A stretch of DNA of 64,000 nt from an uncultured Alphaproteobacteria bacterium (GTDB lineage: Bacteria; Pseudomonadota; Alphaproteobacteria; RF32; CAG-239), in contig CALXWC010000006.1 of NCBI GenBank assembly GCA_944392265.1, positions 133 to 64,132 of the forward strand. The letters are read 5' to 3'. The position numbers and the translations under genes are program-made. The notes under the pieces are model-generated. The model was given only the letters and a program-made list of their open reading frames with translations. It did no database searches and was not told the DNA's origin. Shown here piece after piece: positions 7,532-17,229 of the stretch (its first letter is position 1; the number at the start of each line of letters is the position of its first letter).

Positions 7532-7683
7532 ATTAACAGAAGTGCTTTTACTAAAAAAAATAATCAAAGTCAAGTAATATTTTATGAAAAAAATTAACAA
7601 TTTATTTTCATTTTGCATTTATAATATTTTTAATTTTGGTATACAGAAGCGTCAAATCAATCGAATCTAGCAAGGTAAATAAG

Positions 7684-8880
7684 ATGAATAACAAGAAGAT
7701 ATCCATAGTAAAAACAAGTATTTGCAGCTTTATATTGGGCATTATGGCTATAAGTAACGCCCATGCAAGCGTATCTTCTATTCTTATTGATGCAGAAACC
7801 GGAAAAGTATTATCAGAAAGCAATGCCGATGAAAGACGTTATCCGGCATCTTTGACCAAGCTCATGACCTTGTATATAACTTTTGACGCATTAGAAAACG
7901 GCATCATCAAATGGGATGACAAATTGCCTGTTTCTCGTAAAGCTGCCAATATGGCTCCTTCCAAAATCGGTGTTAAAGCAGGAGAAAAAATCAGCGTTAA
8001 AGACGCTGTTATGGCATTAATTGTTAAATCTGCCAATGACTGCGCCGTTGTTTTGGCAGAAGCTTTAGGATATTCTGAAGAAAACTTTGCCAAAACCATG
8101 ACACATGTTGCCAAAGAACTTGGCATGAAAGACACCACATTTTACAATGCTTCCGGATTACCAAACCGCAATCAAAAAACCACAGCTCGTGATATGGCTC
8201 TTTTAGGCGGTGCGTTATATCATCACTTTCCACAATATTACAAACTTTTTTCCACCAGAAAATTCACTTATAAAGGTAGAACCATTTATACCCATAACCA
8301 TCTTTTGAAAAATTTCAAAGGAGCAGACGGCATGAAAACCGGTTTTACCAACGCAGCCGGATTTAACATTGTGACTTCAGCCCACAGAGACGGAAATCGC
8401 GTTATTGCCGTAACCATGGGACACAGAATGTTAAAACAAAGAGATAAAAAAGTTGCTTCTTTAATGGAAAAAGGCTTACAAAAACTTGCCTTGAACCAAA
8501 CTCAAGAAGAAATAAAAGTTGCTCAAGAACAAAACAGCTACAAAAATGAAGTAAAAGAACAAATTGCCGATAATAGCTTAACGGTAAATAACAGCAACGA
8601 GATTTACAATTGGGGTGTTCAGGTCGGAGCATTTTCAAATTATGCCAAAGCCAGAAATTATGCACAAAACATCAAAGAAAAAATTGCTTCACAATCAGAG
8701 CAAACAATCGTTGATGTAGAGCCGATTCAAAACGGTGGCGCAGTTGTTTATCGCTCCAAAATAATCGGTTTTGAGAAAAAAGAAGCAAAAAACTTGTGCA
8801 ACCACTTGAAAAAATCACACAAATCTTGCATAGTCATAACTGTAAACAATTCGGAACTGACTTTAGCTAATAAACTCTAA
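7684..8880 (+). CDS. D-alanyl-D-alanine carboxypeptidase (PBP5/6 class) with C-terminal SPOR domain
   Basis: SxxK (ASLTKLMT), SxN (KSANDC) and KTG (MKTGFT) motifs. Signal peptide from the ATG at 7684 (MNNKKISIV..AHA). The C-terminal WGVQVGAFSNYAKARNYA..YRSKIIGFEKKEAKNLC is SPOR-like. The track start at 7636 is probably too early. Confidence 0.85.
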   Translation: MNNKKISIVKTSICSFILGIMAISNAHASVSSILIDAETGKVLSESNADERRYPASLTKLMTLYITFDALENGIIKWDDKLPVSRKAANMAPSKIGVKAGEKISVKDAVMALIVKSANDCAVVLAEALGYSEENFAKTMTHVAKELGMKDTTFYNASGLPNRNQKTTARDMALLGGALYHHFPQYYKLFSTRKFTYKGRTIYTHNHLLKNFKGADGMKTGFTNAAGFNIVTSAHRDGNRVIAVTMGHRMLKQRDKKVASLMEKGLQKLALNQTQEEIKVAQEQNSYKNEVKEQIADNSLTVNNSNEIYNWGVQVGAFSNYAKARNYAQNIKEKIASQSEQTIVDVEPIQNGGAVVYRSKIIGFEKKEAKNLCNHLKKSHKSCIVITVNNSELTLANKL

Positions 8881-9692
8881 TGACACAAGATATCAATACA
8901 AAAAAAGCACATATCATTGTAATCAGCAATGAAAAAGGCGGCACGGGAAAATCCACAATATCTATGCATCTGGCCATAAAACTGATGCAAGAAGGTTTCA
9001 GTGTGGCAACTTTTGACTTGGATGGACGCCAAGGCAGTTTATCCAAATACATTGAAAACAGACGCAAATTTTGTGAACAACAAAACATTAATTTACCGAT
9101 TCCCGAGCATACAAAGATATCTCCTGAAGAAAATCCCTATTTACATGCTCAAGCCAGAGATTCTTTAGCATCTCAGATTCGTCAAAAAAGCAACTCTTAT
9201 GATGCAATCATTTTAGATACTCCCGGTACAAAGAATTACCTGTTTGAAGAAGCTCATAAATATGCTGATACGGTAATTACCCCGATTTCAGATAGCTTAA
9301 TAGACTTAAATGTCATTGCCGATATTGATTATCAAACCAACCGCGTATTAAAACCGGGTCATTATTCCAACTTTATCTGGGATATCAAAAAATATATGGC
9401 CTCCCAAGGCAAACCTTACTTAAACTGGATTGTAACCGGCAACCGTTTATCCAGCTTCAACTCCAAAAACAAAACAGCAATTTTTGCTCATTTGGAACGT
9501 TTGTCCAAGATATATGGCTTCAGATTATTTTCCGGCTTAAAAGACCGTGTTATATATAAAGAGCTCTTTTTGGAAGGTTTAACGGTTTTAGACATGGGTA
9601 CACCGGCGCTAAAATGCAAAATGACCGTATCCCACATTGCCGCCAAAAGAGAAATCAATGCTCTTGCCGAATTTATATCTCCGGAAGAATAA
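8880..9692 (+). CDS. mipZ: division-plane positioning ATPase MipZ (ParA/MinD superfamily)
   Basis: IVISNEKGGTGKSTISMHLA (deviant Walker A), DLDGRQGSLSKYIENRR and GLKDRVIYKELFLEGLTVLDM closely follow my recollection of Caulobacter MipZ. The ATG overlaps the upstream stop (TAATG). Confidence 0.8.
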   Translation: MTQDINTKKAHIIVISNEKGGTGKSTISMHLAIKLMQEGFSVATFDLDGRQGSLSKYIENRRKFCEQQNINLPIPEHTKISPEENPYLHAQARDSLASQIRQKSNSYDAIILDTPGTKNYLFEEAHKYADTVITPISDSLIDLNVIADIDYQTNRVLKPGHYSNFIWDIKKYMASQGKPYLNWIVTGNRLSSFNSKNKTAIFAHLERLSKIYGFRLFSGLKDRVIYKELFLEGLTVLDMGTPALKCKMTVSHIAAKREINALAEFISPEE

Positions 9693-9785
9693 AATGATTT
9701 TATAAGTAGATAAGTTGAATGAACACTTGTCTTTATAAGCAAAAATGATATCTTCACATATATGCAATAATTATTGGAGGCAAGA

Positions 9786-11405
9786 ATGTTACAAACGATT
9801 CAAACAACGCCATTTTCAGATCAAAAGATGGGAACCGGTGGTTTGCGCAAAAAAACAAAAGTAATGATGCAACCACATTATTTTGAAAACTTTATTCAAA
9901 GTATCTTTAACACAATCGAAAACTTAAATAAAAAAACATTTGTTGTCGGCGGAGACGGTCGTTTTTATAACGAAATTGCCATCCAAAAATTTATCAAGAT
10001 GGCCATTGCCAACAATGTATCCAAACTCATCATCGGTCAAAACGGATTATTATCCACACCTGCCTCCTCCAATATTTTGTTAAAATATAAAACAGATGGA
10101 GGATTTGTATTTTCTGCCTCACACAATCCAGGCGGCATCAATGGTGACTTTGGTGTAAAATATGCCAACGAAACCGGTGGTCAAATTCCAACCAGCATCA
10201 GCGATAAAATATATGCTATTTCTAAAACGATTACTGAATTTAAGTTTTATGAAATGGAAGATATTGATTTAAGTCAATTAAGAAAATTCAAAATCGAAAA
10301 TACTGAAATTGAAATTATCGATTCGGTAAAAGATTATGTTGAAATGATGCAAAACATCTTTGATTTTGAAGCCTTAAAAAATCTGTTTGCTCGCGGTTTC
10401 ACTATGAAGTTTGATGCCTTTAATGCTGTAACAGGACCTTACGCGCAAAAGATTTTTGAAGACATTTTGGGTGCAGCCAAAGGCAGCGTTATCAACTATA
10501 ATCCGCTTCCTGATTTTGGCGGCAAACACCCTGACCCGAATTTAACTTATGCAACCGAGTTATTAGAAATTATGAACACACCGAACTCTCCTGATTTTGG
10601 TGCAGCCAATGACGGAGACGGTGACAGAAATATGATTTTGGGCAGAAACTTCTTTGTTTCACCTAGTGATTCTTTAGCTATTTTAACAGACTATCACAAA
10701 ATCATTCCGGCTTACAAAAACGGCATTTACGGTGTGGCAAAATCATGCCCAACCTCAACCGCCGTCGAAAGAGTAGCCAAAGCGCTTAACCTTCCTTATT
10801 ATGAAGTTCCAACCGGATGGAAATATTTTGTAAACTTAATGGATTCTAACAGAATAACCCTGTGCGGTGAAGAAAGCTTTGGAACAGGCTCCAGCCACAT
10901 TAGAGAAAAAGACGGTATCTGGGCCGTATTATTCTGGCTCAGCATCATTGCCAAAACAGGAATGAGTGTTGAAGAAATCACCAGAGATCACTGGAAAAAA
11001 TACGGAAGAAGCTATTATTTAAGATTTGACTTTGAAGGTCTGGAAACCGAAGTCGCAGACAAATTGATGCAAGATTTGGAAGCAAAACTCCCCAAACTTG
11101 CCGGATTAAAATTTGATGACTTTAAGGTAGAAACGGCTCACCCGTTTGTTTACAATGATCCTGTTGACAAGAGCTCTACCAAAAACGGTTTAATCGTCAA
11201 ATTTGAAGATGGCTCTCGCATTGTATACAGATTATCCGGCACGGGAAGCAGTGGTGCTACGTTGCGTGTATATCTCGAAAAATATAGCAAAAACCGTTTG
11301 AATGAAGCACCCAGACAAATGTTGGATAATTTGCTTGCCATTGCAATGGAAATTGCTGAAATAACTCAAAGAACCGGAAAAAAAGAGGCTGATATTGTTA
11401 CTTAA
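9786..11405 (+). CDS. pgm: phosphoglucomutase (alpha-D-glucose phosphate-specific)
   Basis: Active-site SASHNPGG, metal loop NDGDGDRN and sugar loop CGEESFG. GGAGG RBS upstream of the ATG at 9786 (track start 9774 is a TTG). Confidence 0.9.
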   Translation: MLQTIQTTPFSDQKMGTGGLRKKTKVMMQPHYFENFIQSIFNTIENLNKKTFVVGGDGRFYNEIAIQKFIKMAIANNVSKLIIGQNGLLSTPASSNILLKYKTDGGFVFSASHNPGGINGDFGVKYANETGGQIPTSISDKIYAISKTITEFKFYEMEDIDLSQLRKFKIENTEIEIIDSVKDYVEMMQNIFDFEALKNLFARGFTMKFDAFNAVTGPYAQKIFEDILGAAKGSVINYNPLPDFGGKHPDPNLTYATELLEIMNTPNSPDFGAANDGDGDRNMILGRNFFVSPSDSLAILTDYHKIIPAYKNGIYGVAKSCPTSTAVERVAKALNLPYYEVPTGWKYFVNLMDSNRITLCGEESFGTGSSHIREKDGIWAVLFWLSIIAKTGMSVEEITRDHWKKYGRSYYLRFDFEGLETEVADKLMQDLEAKLPKLAGLKFDDFKVETAHPFVYNDPVDKSSTKNGLIVKFEDGSRIVYRLSGTGSSGATLRVYLEKYSKNRLNEAPRQMLDNLLAIAMEIAEITQRTGKKEADIVT

Positions 11406-12462
11406 ACATACAATATATTTTGGCATTATAACATTTTTGAGCTTGCTTGCATATAAGGCAAATGCAGGATTGTATGGTTTTACTCAAGCAAACCCTTATA
11501 GCAAGCAAGAGCTCAATTCTCAATCGCAGGACTTTCCTGAACAAATCAACAATTATCGTGATTTGATGAGAGAAAATGTTATTATGCTTTCTCAATTTGC
11601 CAAAAGTCAAAATCCACAATTTGAGATATTGGTTCATGAAGCATTGCCTTTGTTAGAAGATGATATCTGGGAATATCATTTGAACGATTACAATCTGTCT
11701 AGAAAAAACGGATATACGGAGGATAATGACAGCTTATTATCCTTACAAGAAAATTTACATCCCAAAAATTTTCAAAACTTAAAAGAAAAATACATCCAAA
11801 ACATAGACGCCATTGTAATTAATAATTATCTTTGCCAAGATAAGCAATATACCGTTCCTCAAGACAAAAGACTGGTTAGTATTGAATATTGCCCGCAAAA
11901 AGAAATTTCGCCCCAAACAGCATTAAGCTATATAATTACTGACAGCCAATATGCTTTCAAAGACATAAAACATCAGCCAGCATTTGAAATGAACGCACAA
12001 AATATCAGCTCTGTTCAAGATGCTAAAAATATTGCTTTTGTCTTAGACACATCCAGATTCAAAAGCGAATATGACTTTTTAACCGAGCTCAATAATTCTA
12101 ACTTTGATGTCATAGTTATATCTCCGTTCTTTCAAGGAAAGCCATTAAGCAAAGAAGAAATCAATCACTTAAAATATAAGAAAAACGGAGCCACACGCAA
12201 AATTTATGCGGCTATAAACGTTTCAGAAGCAGACCCTACCAAGTTTTATTGGAAAAAAGATTGGAAAGTTGGTAATCCCGCTTGGTTGGTGCGTCCGTCT
12301 TTGGTTGATGAGCAAGGAATTATCACCCAATATTGGAATCCTTCATGGCAAAAAATCTTGTCTGCGCACTTCAAAGGCATAATGGATTTAGGCTTTGACG
12401 GAGCCTTTTTAACCGGATTGGAAAATTATCAACATTTTGAAAAAATAACCCCCTTGGAATAA
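11395..12462 (+). CDS. secreted putative glycoside hydrolase (GH114 / TM1410-like)
   Basis: Signal-like N-terminus (IITFLSLLAYKANA). The C-terminal INVSEADPTKFYWKKDW..YWNPSWQ..LGFDGAFLTGLENY resembles the (S/G)EAE-x-YR-x-YW...GFDG pattern of the MJ1477/TM1410 family. The TTG start overlaps the pgm end by 11 nt and is uncertain. Confidence 0.45.
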   Translation: MLLKHTIYFGIITFLSLLAYKANAGLYGFTQANPYSKQELNSQSQDFPEQINNYRDLMRENVIMLSQFAKSQNPQFEILVHEALPLLEDDIWEYHLNDYNLSRKNGYTEDNDSLLSLQENLHPKNFQNLKEKYIQNIDAIVINNYLCQDKQYTVPQDKRLVSIEYCPQKEISPQTALSYIITDSQYAFKDIKHQPAFEMNAQNISSVQDAKNIAFVLDTSRFKSEYDFLTELNNSNFDVIVISPFFQGKPLSKEEINHLKYKKNGATRKIYAAINVSEADPTKFYWKKDWKVGNPAWLVRPSLVDEQGIITQYWNPSWQKILSAHFKGIMDLGFDGAFLTGLENYQHFEKITPLE

Positions 12463-12474
12463 GAGATAAAAAAC

Positions 12475-12741
12475 ATGAATGAATTAGAAGTTTTAGAAAT
12501 ATCAAGAGATGCGGTATTCACGCTATTAAAGGTTGTTTCTCCTATTTTGCTTGTTGCCTTATTTTTAGGATTAATCGTTGGTATTTTTCAGGCCCTGACC
12601 CAAATTCAAGAAATGACATTGGCATTTGTTCCCAAAATTATTGGAGTTTTTGCCACCATCATTATCTTGTTTCCCTTTATGCTTAATCAAATGAAAGGCT
12701 TAACAGACGGCTTGTTTGATAAAATTGCAAACGGTGGTTAA
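12475..12741 (+). CDS. fliQ: flagellar export apparatus protein FliQ
   Basis: 88 aa with two hydrophobic helices and the FQALTQIQEMTLAFVPKI motif; followed by fliR and flhB. Confidence 0.9.
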   Translation: MNELEVLEISRDAVFTLLKVVSPILLVALFLGLIVGIFQALTQIQEMTLAFVPKIIGVFATIIILFPFMLNQMKGLTDGLFDKIANGG

Positions 12742-12747
12742 AACAAA

Positions 12748-13503
12748 ATGACGCAGCTTTTTAATCTGGAACTTTACAAATTTTTGCTCATATTTTTAAG
12801 GTTCGGCAGCGCCATGATGTTGATGCCCGGATTTTCAGCCGGGTATGTCGGCACAAAATTCAGACTATGCATTGCCTTAAGCATCAGCTTGCTTTTAATA
12901 CCTTTTTTGTCAGACAAATTGCCTAATGTTTCAGATAATTTCGGAACGAACCTGTCTATTTTGCTCATTGAAATTACCTATGGTGTTTTTATAGGAATTT
13001 TTATGCAAATTTTGATGTTTGCCATAGATTTAGGTGGCAACTTAGCCGGACAAGCCATTGGTTTTTCCAATGCCCAAATGTTTGATCCGGCATTTAATCA
13101 ACAATCTATCATCATCAACACGTTTTTAAGCTTAACCGCCTTAACCATCATATTCATAACCGACTTACATCATCTGATGTTAAGTGCCGCCATAGAAAGC
13201 TATTCAATTTTGCCTGTTGGCGGAGAAATTATGACACAAGACATTGCCAAAACAATTGCGCAAGTAGTCAATAAAAGCTTTATCATCGGCTTTAAGTTAG
13301 GCTCCCCTTTTGTGGCTTTTGCCATAGTTTTTTATGTTGGAATGGGGCTTTTATCTCGCTTAATGCCACAATTAAACATATTCTTTTTATCAATGCCTTT
13401 GCAAATATATTTAGGCCTTGGCTTAGTTTGCATCACATCATCTACAATCATAATATGGTTTTGCAAGTATTATGAAGATGCATTGCAGATGTTTTTGAAA
13501 TAG
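12748..13503 (+). CDS. fliR: flagellar export apparatus protein FliR
   Basis: 251 aa polytopic membrane protein between fliQ and flhB. LRFGSAMMLMPGF is a FliR-like N-terminus. Confidence 0.85.
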   Translation: MTQLFNLELYKFLLIFLRFGSAMMLMPGFSAGYVGTKFRLCIALSISLLLIPFLSDKLPNVSDNFGTNLSILLIEITYGVFIGIFMQILMFAIDLGGNLAGQAIGFSNAQMFDPAFNQQSIIINTFLSLTALTIIFITDLHHLMLSAAIESYSILPVGGEIMTQDIAKTIAQVVNKSFIIGFKLGSPFVAFAIVFYVGMGLLSRLMPQLNIFFLSMPLQIYLGLGLVCITSSTIIIWFCKYYEDALQMFLK

Positions 13504-13512
13504 GAGGAAATC

Positions 13513-14583
13513 ATGGTCGCACCCGAAGATGATGATGAAGCCTCCAAGACGGAAGAACCGTCGGAACGAAAGATAGAAAAAGCCAAAGAAGAAGGTGATA
13601 TTGCGGTATCTCAAGATGCCAAAAGTTTTATTATGTTTTTAGCCATGTTAGCGGTTGTCTGGATGGTTGTTCCGTTGATGTTTCGCTGGTTTTATGAATT
13701 TAGCTTAAAATTTGTTGAGCTTCCGGATCAATTACCGACGGATGTAGCCGGAATTCAAAGACTATTCATCAGCTGCGGCGTCGCTTTGCTCAAAATATTA
13801 AGCATACCCTTCCTTATTTTTATTGTCTTTGGTATCACCGCGAGCATTTCTCAAACCGGCTTTATTTATGCCCCCAAAAAGTTGGAACCAAACTGGAATA
13901 AGTTAAACATTTTTGCAGCATTGCCCAACTTTATCAACATGAAAAAAATCGTAGAGAGCCTTAAAGGTCTTATCAAAATCTCTATCATCGGTTATGTAAG
14001 CCTGATTGTTGTCACCCCATATATAGACAAGACCAACCTACTCCCGACAATGAGCAACATTGGTATTTTACGCTTCATACATAAGTTGGTTGTGCTCTTG
14101 ATTTTTACCGTTGTTATTGCCATTTTTGTATTAGCTGTTGCCGATTATCTTTATCAGCGTTATACTCACTTAAAAAAATTAAGAATGACCAAACAAGAAC
14201 TCAAAGAAGAATACAAACAAACAGAAGGAGACCCTATTGTCAAATCACGCATCAGACAAGTCAGAATGGAAAGAGCGCGCCATCGTATGATGGAAAACGT
14301 GCCCAAAGCCGATGTGGTTATTGTCAACCCGACGCATTATGCTGTAGCTCTTGAATATAAGATGGAAAAAATGGATGCGCCGGTTGTCGTTGCAAAAGGT
14401 ATAGATTTTTTGGCTTTGCGCATTCGTGAAGTTGCCGAAGAGCATGAGGTTCCGATTGTAGAAAATCCACCTTTGGCGCGTGCTCTTTTTGCCAGTGTTG
14501 AAATAGACCAAACCATTCCGCCAGAACATTTTAAAGCCGTTGCAGAGGTTATCAGTTATGTTATGCAGCTCAAGAATTCATAA
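13513..14583 (+). CDS. flhB: flagellar export switch protein FlhB
   Basis: N-terminal EDDDEASKTEEPSERKIEKAKEEGDIAVSQD, four TM helices and the autocleavage site NPTHYAVAL. Confidence 0.92.
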   Translation: MVAPEDDDEASKTEEPSERKIEKAKEEGDIAVSQDAKSFIMFLAMLAVVWMVVPLMFRWFYEFSLKFVELPDQLPTDVAGIQRLFISCGVALLKILSIPFLIFIVFGITASISQTGFIYAPKKLEPNWNKLNIFAALPNFINMKKIVESLKGLIKISIIGYVSLIVVTPYIDKTNLLPTMSNIGILRFIHKLVVLLIFTVVIAIFVLAVADYLYQRYTHLKKLRMTKQELKEEYKQTEGDPIVKSRIRQVRMERARHRMMENVPKADVVIVNPTHYAVALEYKMEKMDAPVVVAKGIDFLALRIREVAEEHEVPIVENPPLARALFASVEIDQTIPPEHFKAVAEVISYVMQLKNS

Positions 14584-14617
14584 ACGTCCGGACAAACAAT
14601 TGAAAAAATATTTGATA

Positions 14618-17218
14618 ATGCTTGCCTATGCATTGGTAGCACTATCTTTGAGCATTATTGCTTTGTTTGTATATCCTGAATATTTTATGGCACTGGTCTT
14701 GTCTATCATTGCATTGATAATTTTAAGCCTGCTGATAACCATAAAAACACTTAATAGCGCCGAAAAAGCCATGAGTTACGGTGGCTTAGCCAATGAAATT
14801 ATTCGTAATGATTTTGAAATTGAAAGAGTGGAAAACTCCTCCGGAGAAGCAATCTTACAAAATTCTCCGGCAGAAGATTTGTTCCATCAATATCCGGTTT
14901 TAAGCTTTTTAGAACACTACATATCCAAACAAGAAAACAATGAAACCGCTTTGCAACAAATCAAAAATGCTTGCAACAACTTAGCCTCCACCACGGTTAC
15001 TTTGGCTCTGCATTTAACGGAAGATAATAAAATATTTAACAATGATGAATGGTTTGAAATAAGCGTAAAACCAATATATCTGAAAAAAACAGATATCTTT
15101 AACGGCCCCTTTTCCATAAAAAAAATAAAAAAAGACGCCTTTTTATACTGGCATATTAAAAACATTACGGCCCAAAAAAATATGGATAGCATTTTCCAAC
15201 ATGAAAGCAAATCTTTGCACGATTTTTTGGATTATTTGCCCATTAGTTTATATATTTGTGATGAAAACAGCAAAATAGAATATGCCAACCATGCTTTATC
15301 TCGCTTCTTAAATTGCAAAAGAGAAGAATTAAACGGCAAAAACCTGACAGACTTTATGCCGAAATTTTCACGTATTCCAGACAAAAAAGAACAGTGGAAC
15401 GGCATCATCTATTTTAACAACAAACCCAACACCACCACTGAAACTTTGGTTTATCAAGAAAGATTTAAGGAAGAAAATAAACTCAAAGCCAGAGGTGTTA
15501 TTGTTGACAATATTCCAACCGATGCTGAATTGAAAAATAACCTAAACAATGCATTTGACCAAATAAGCTGGCTGTTTAACAATGCTCCGGTCGGAATTTT
15601 ATATTTGGATGCAAACGGCAATATATCAAGACTAAATACGCAAGCTTCCGAATTCTTAGAAGCAGGAAGCTTGGCCGAAAATTTGATAAATAAAAACATA
15701 TTTGACTTCATCCAACCAGAAGATCAGGAAAATCTTCTTAAAGAAATAAAGAACACATATTCTAAAGATCATCAAAATACAAGCATAGATGTTCATATCA
15801 AAAATTCGGAAGATGTAAAAATTGCCCAATTTTATCTTTCTCCGATGCAAAAAATTCACAGCATTCATAGCTCGGAAAAGGAAGGTATTGTTGTCTATAT
15901 CATAGATGCCACCAAACAAAAATCTTTGGAAGTTCAATTTGCCCAAGCTCAAAAAATGCAAGCTGTCGGACAATTGGCCGGTGGTGTTGCGCACGACTTT
16001 AATAACCTTTTGACGGCCATGATTGGTTTTTGTGACCTTTTGTTACAAAGACACGGCGTCGGCGACCCTTCTTTTGCAGATTTAATCCAAATCAAACAAA
16101 ATGCCAACCGCGCAGCCGGATTAGTCAGACAATTATTGGCTTTTTCAAGAAAACAACCCTTAAAACCCAAACTCATCAACATTACGGAAAACTTTACCGA
16201 ATTAAACCATATGTTAAAACGAATTTTGGGCGAGCAAATCAGCTTAAAGTTCTACCATGGTTCAGATTTAGGTTTTGTCAGAGTAGACCCTGTTCAGTTT
16301 TCACAAGTGATTATCAACTTGGCGGTCAATGCCAAAGACGCCATGAAAGGAAATGGCACATTAACTATCTCTACGCATGTTGAGATTATGAATGAGCCAT
16401 ATCATTTCGGCTCAGATGTTGTCCCTGCCGGAGAGTTTGTTGTTATTGATGTAAAAGATACCGGATGCGGAATTCCTAAAGAAAACCTCACCAGAATTTT
16501 TGAACCGTTCTTCTCAACCAAAGAAAACGTTGTCGGCTCTGGAACAGGTTTAGGATTAGCCATGGTTTACGGTATCGTTCAACAAACCAAAGGCTTTATT
16601 AAGGTAGAAAGTACAGTCAACGTGGGAACAACCTTCTCTATTTATTTGCCAAGAGTAGATAATGATACCGAAGACCAAGAACAAGCTCCTCAAGCACAAG
16701 ATATTGTTGTAAATAAAGACGGCACCCCTATTTTAACCGTACAAGAAACGGTAAAAGCTCCTGTTGCCATTAATGAAAAATTGATTTTTGGCTTAAATGT
16801 ATCTTCTTCCATTGACCGTAAAGAAAACACTAAAGATGCCAACAACACGCGCATTCTTTTTGTTGAAGACGAAGATTCGGTTAGAACATTTGCTTTGCGT
16901 GCTTTGAAGAAAAAAGGCTATGATGTGGTTGGTTGTAACTCTGCCGAAAATGCCTTAGAACAATTAGCACAAGACACAAACTTTGACTTACTCATTACCG
17001 ATATGGTTATGCCCGGAAAAACCGGTGCCGAATTAGCCGCCATTGTTAAAGAAAAAATACCGAACATCAAAGTTATTTTGGCATCCGGATACTCTGAAGA
17101 AATTGCCAAAAGAGAACTTTCTGAAAAAGAAAATTTTGAATTTATGGCCAAGCCGTTTAGTTTGGGAGACTTGACTGCAAAAGTTTTTGATGTATTAAAT
17201 AAAGATACAAACAACTAA
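14618..17218 (+). CDS. cckA: hybrid sensor histidine kinase/response regulator, CckA-like
   Basis: Two N-terminal TM helices, PAS-like regions, H-box GQLAGGVAHDFNNLLTAMIGF, an N/G1/G2 ATPase region (NLAVNAKDAM, DTGCGI, GSGTGLGLA) and a C-terminal receiver (ILFVEDED..DLLITDMVMP). The start is uncertain: 14540 and 14558 overlap flhB, and 14618 is the first ATG after the flhB stop. Confidence 0.65.
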   Translation: MLAYALVALSLSIIALFVYPEYFMALVLSIIALIILSLLITIKTLNSAEKAMSYGGLANEIIRNDFEIERVENSSGEAILQNSPAEDLFHQYPVLSFLEHYISKQENNETALQQIKNACNNLASTTVTLALHLTEDNKIFNNDEWFEISVKPIYLKKTDIFNGPFSIKKIKKDAFLYWHIKNITAQKNMDSIFQHESKSLHDFLDYLPISLYICDENSKIEYANHALSRFLNCKREELNGKNLTDFMPKFSRIPDKKEQWNGIIYFNNKPNTTTETLVYQERFKEENKLKARGVIVDNIPTDAELKNNLNNAFDQISWLFNNAPVGILYLDANGNISRLNTQASEFLEAGSLAENLINKNIFDFIQPEDQENLLKEIKNTYSKDHQNTSIDVHIKNSEDVKIAQFYLSPMQKIHSIHSSEKEGIVVYIIDATKQKSLEVQFAQAQKMQAVGQLAGGVAHDFNNLLTAMIGFCDLLLQRHGVGDPSFADLIQIKQNANRAAGLVRQLLAFSRKQPLKPKLINITENFTELNHMLKRILGEQISLKFYHGSDLGFVRVDPVQFSQVIINLAVNAKDAMKGNGTLTISTHVEIMNEPYHFGSDVVPAGEFVVIDVKDTGCGIPKENLTRIFEPFFSTKENVVGSGTGLGLAMVYGIVQQTKGFIKVESTVNVGTTFSIYLPRVDNDTEDQEQAPQAQDIVVNKDGTPILTVQETVKAPVAINEKLIFGLNVSSSIDRKENTKDANNTRILFVEDEDSVRTFALRALKKKGYDVVGCNSAENALEQLAQDTNFDLLITDMVMPGKTGAELAAIVKEKIPNIKVILASGYSEEIAKRELSEKENFEFMAKPFSLGDLTAKVFDVLNKDTNN

Positions 17219-17229
17219 GGTCAAACCAA

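Noticed and set aside
7023-7536. ORFs inside the repeat: track ORFs 7255..7536 (+, 93 aa) and 7351..7533 (-, 60 aa), plus a 51-codon basic ORF in unit 1 (7178 to 7023, MYQRRARTKVRLARK...).
   Set aside because: The first two run through the tRNA-His gene itself. The 51-codon frame is not preserved between copies: copy 2 has GTG instead of ATG, and a 1-nt homopolymer change gives an early stop. This argues against coding selection.
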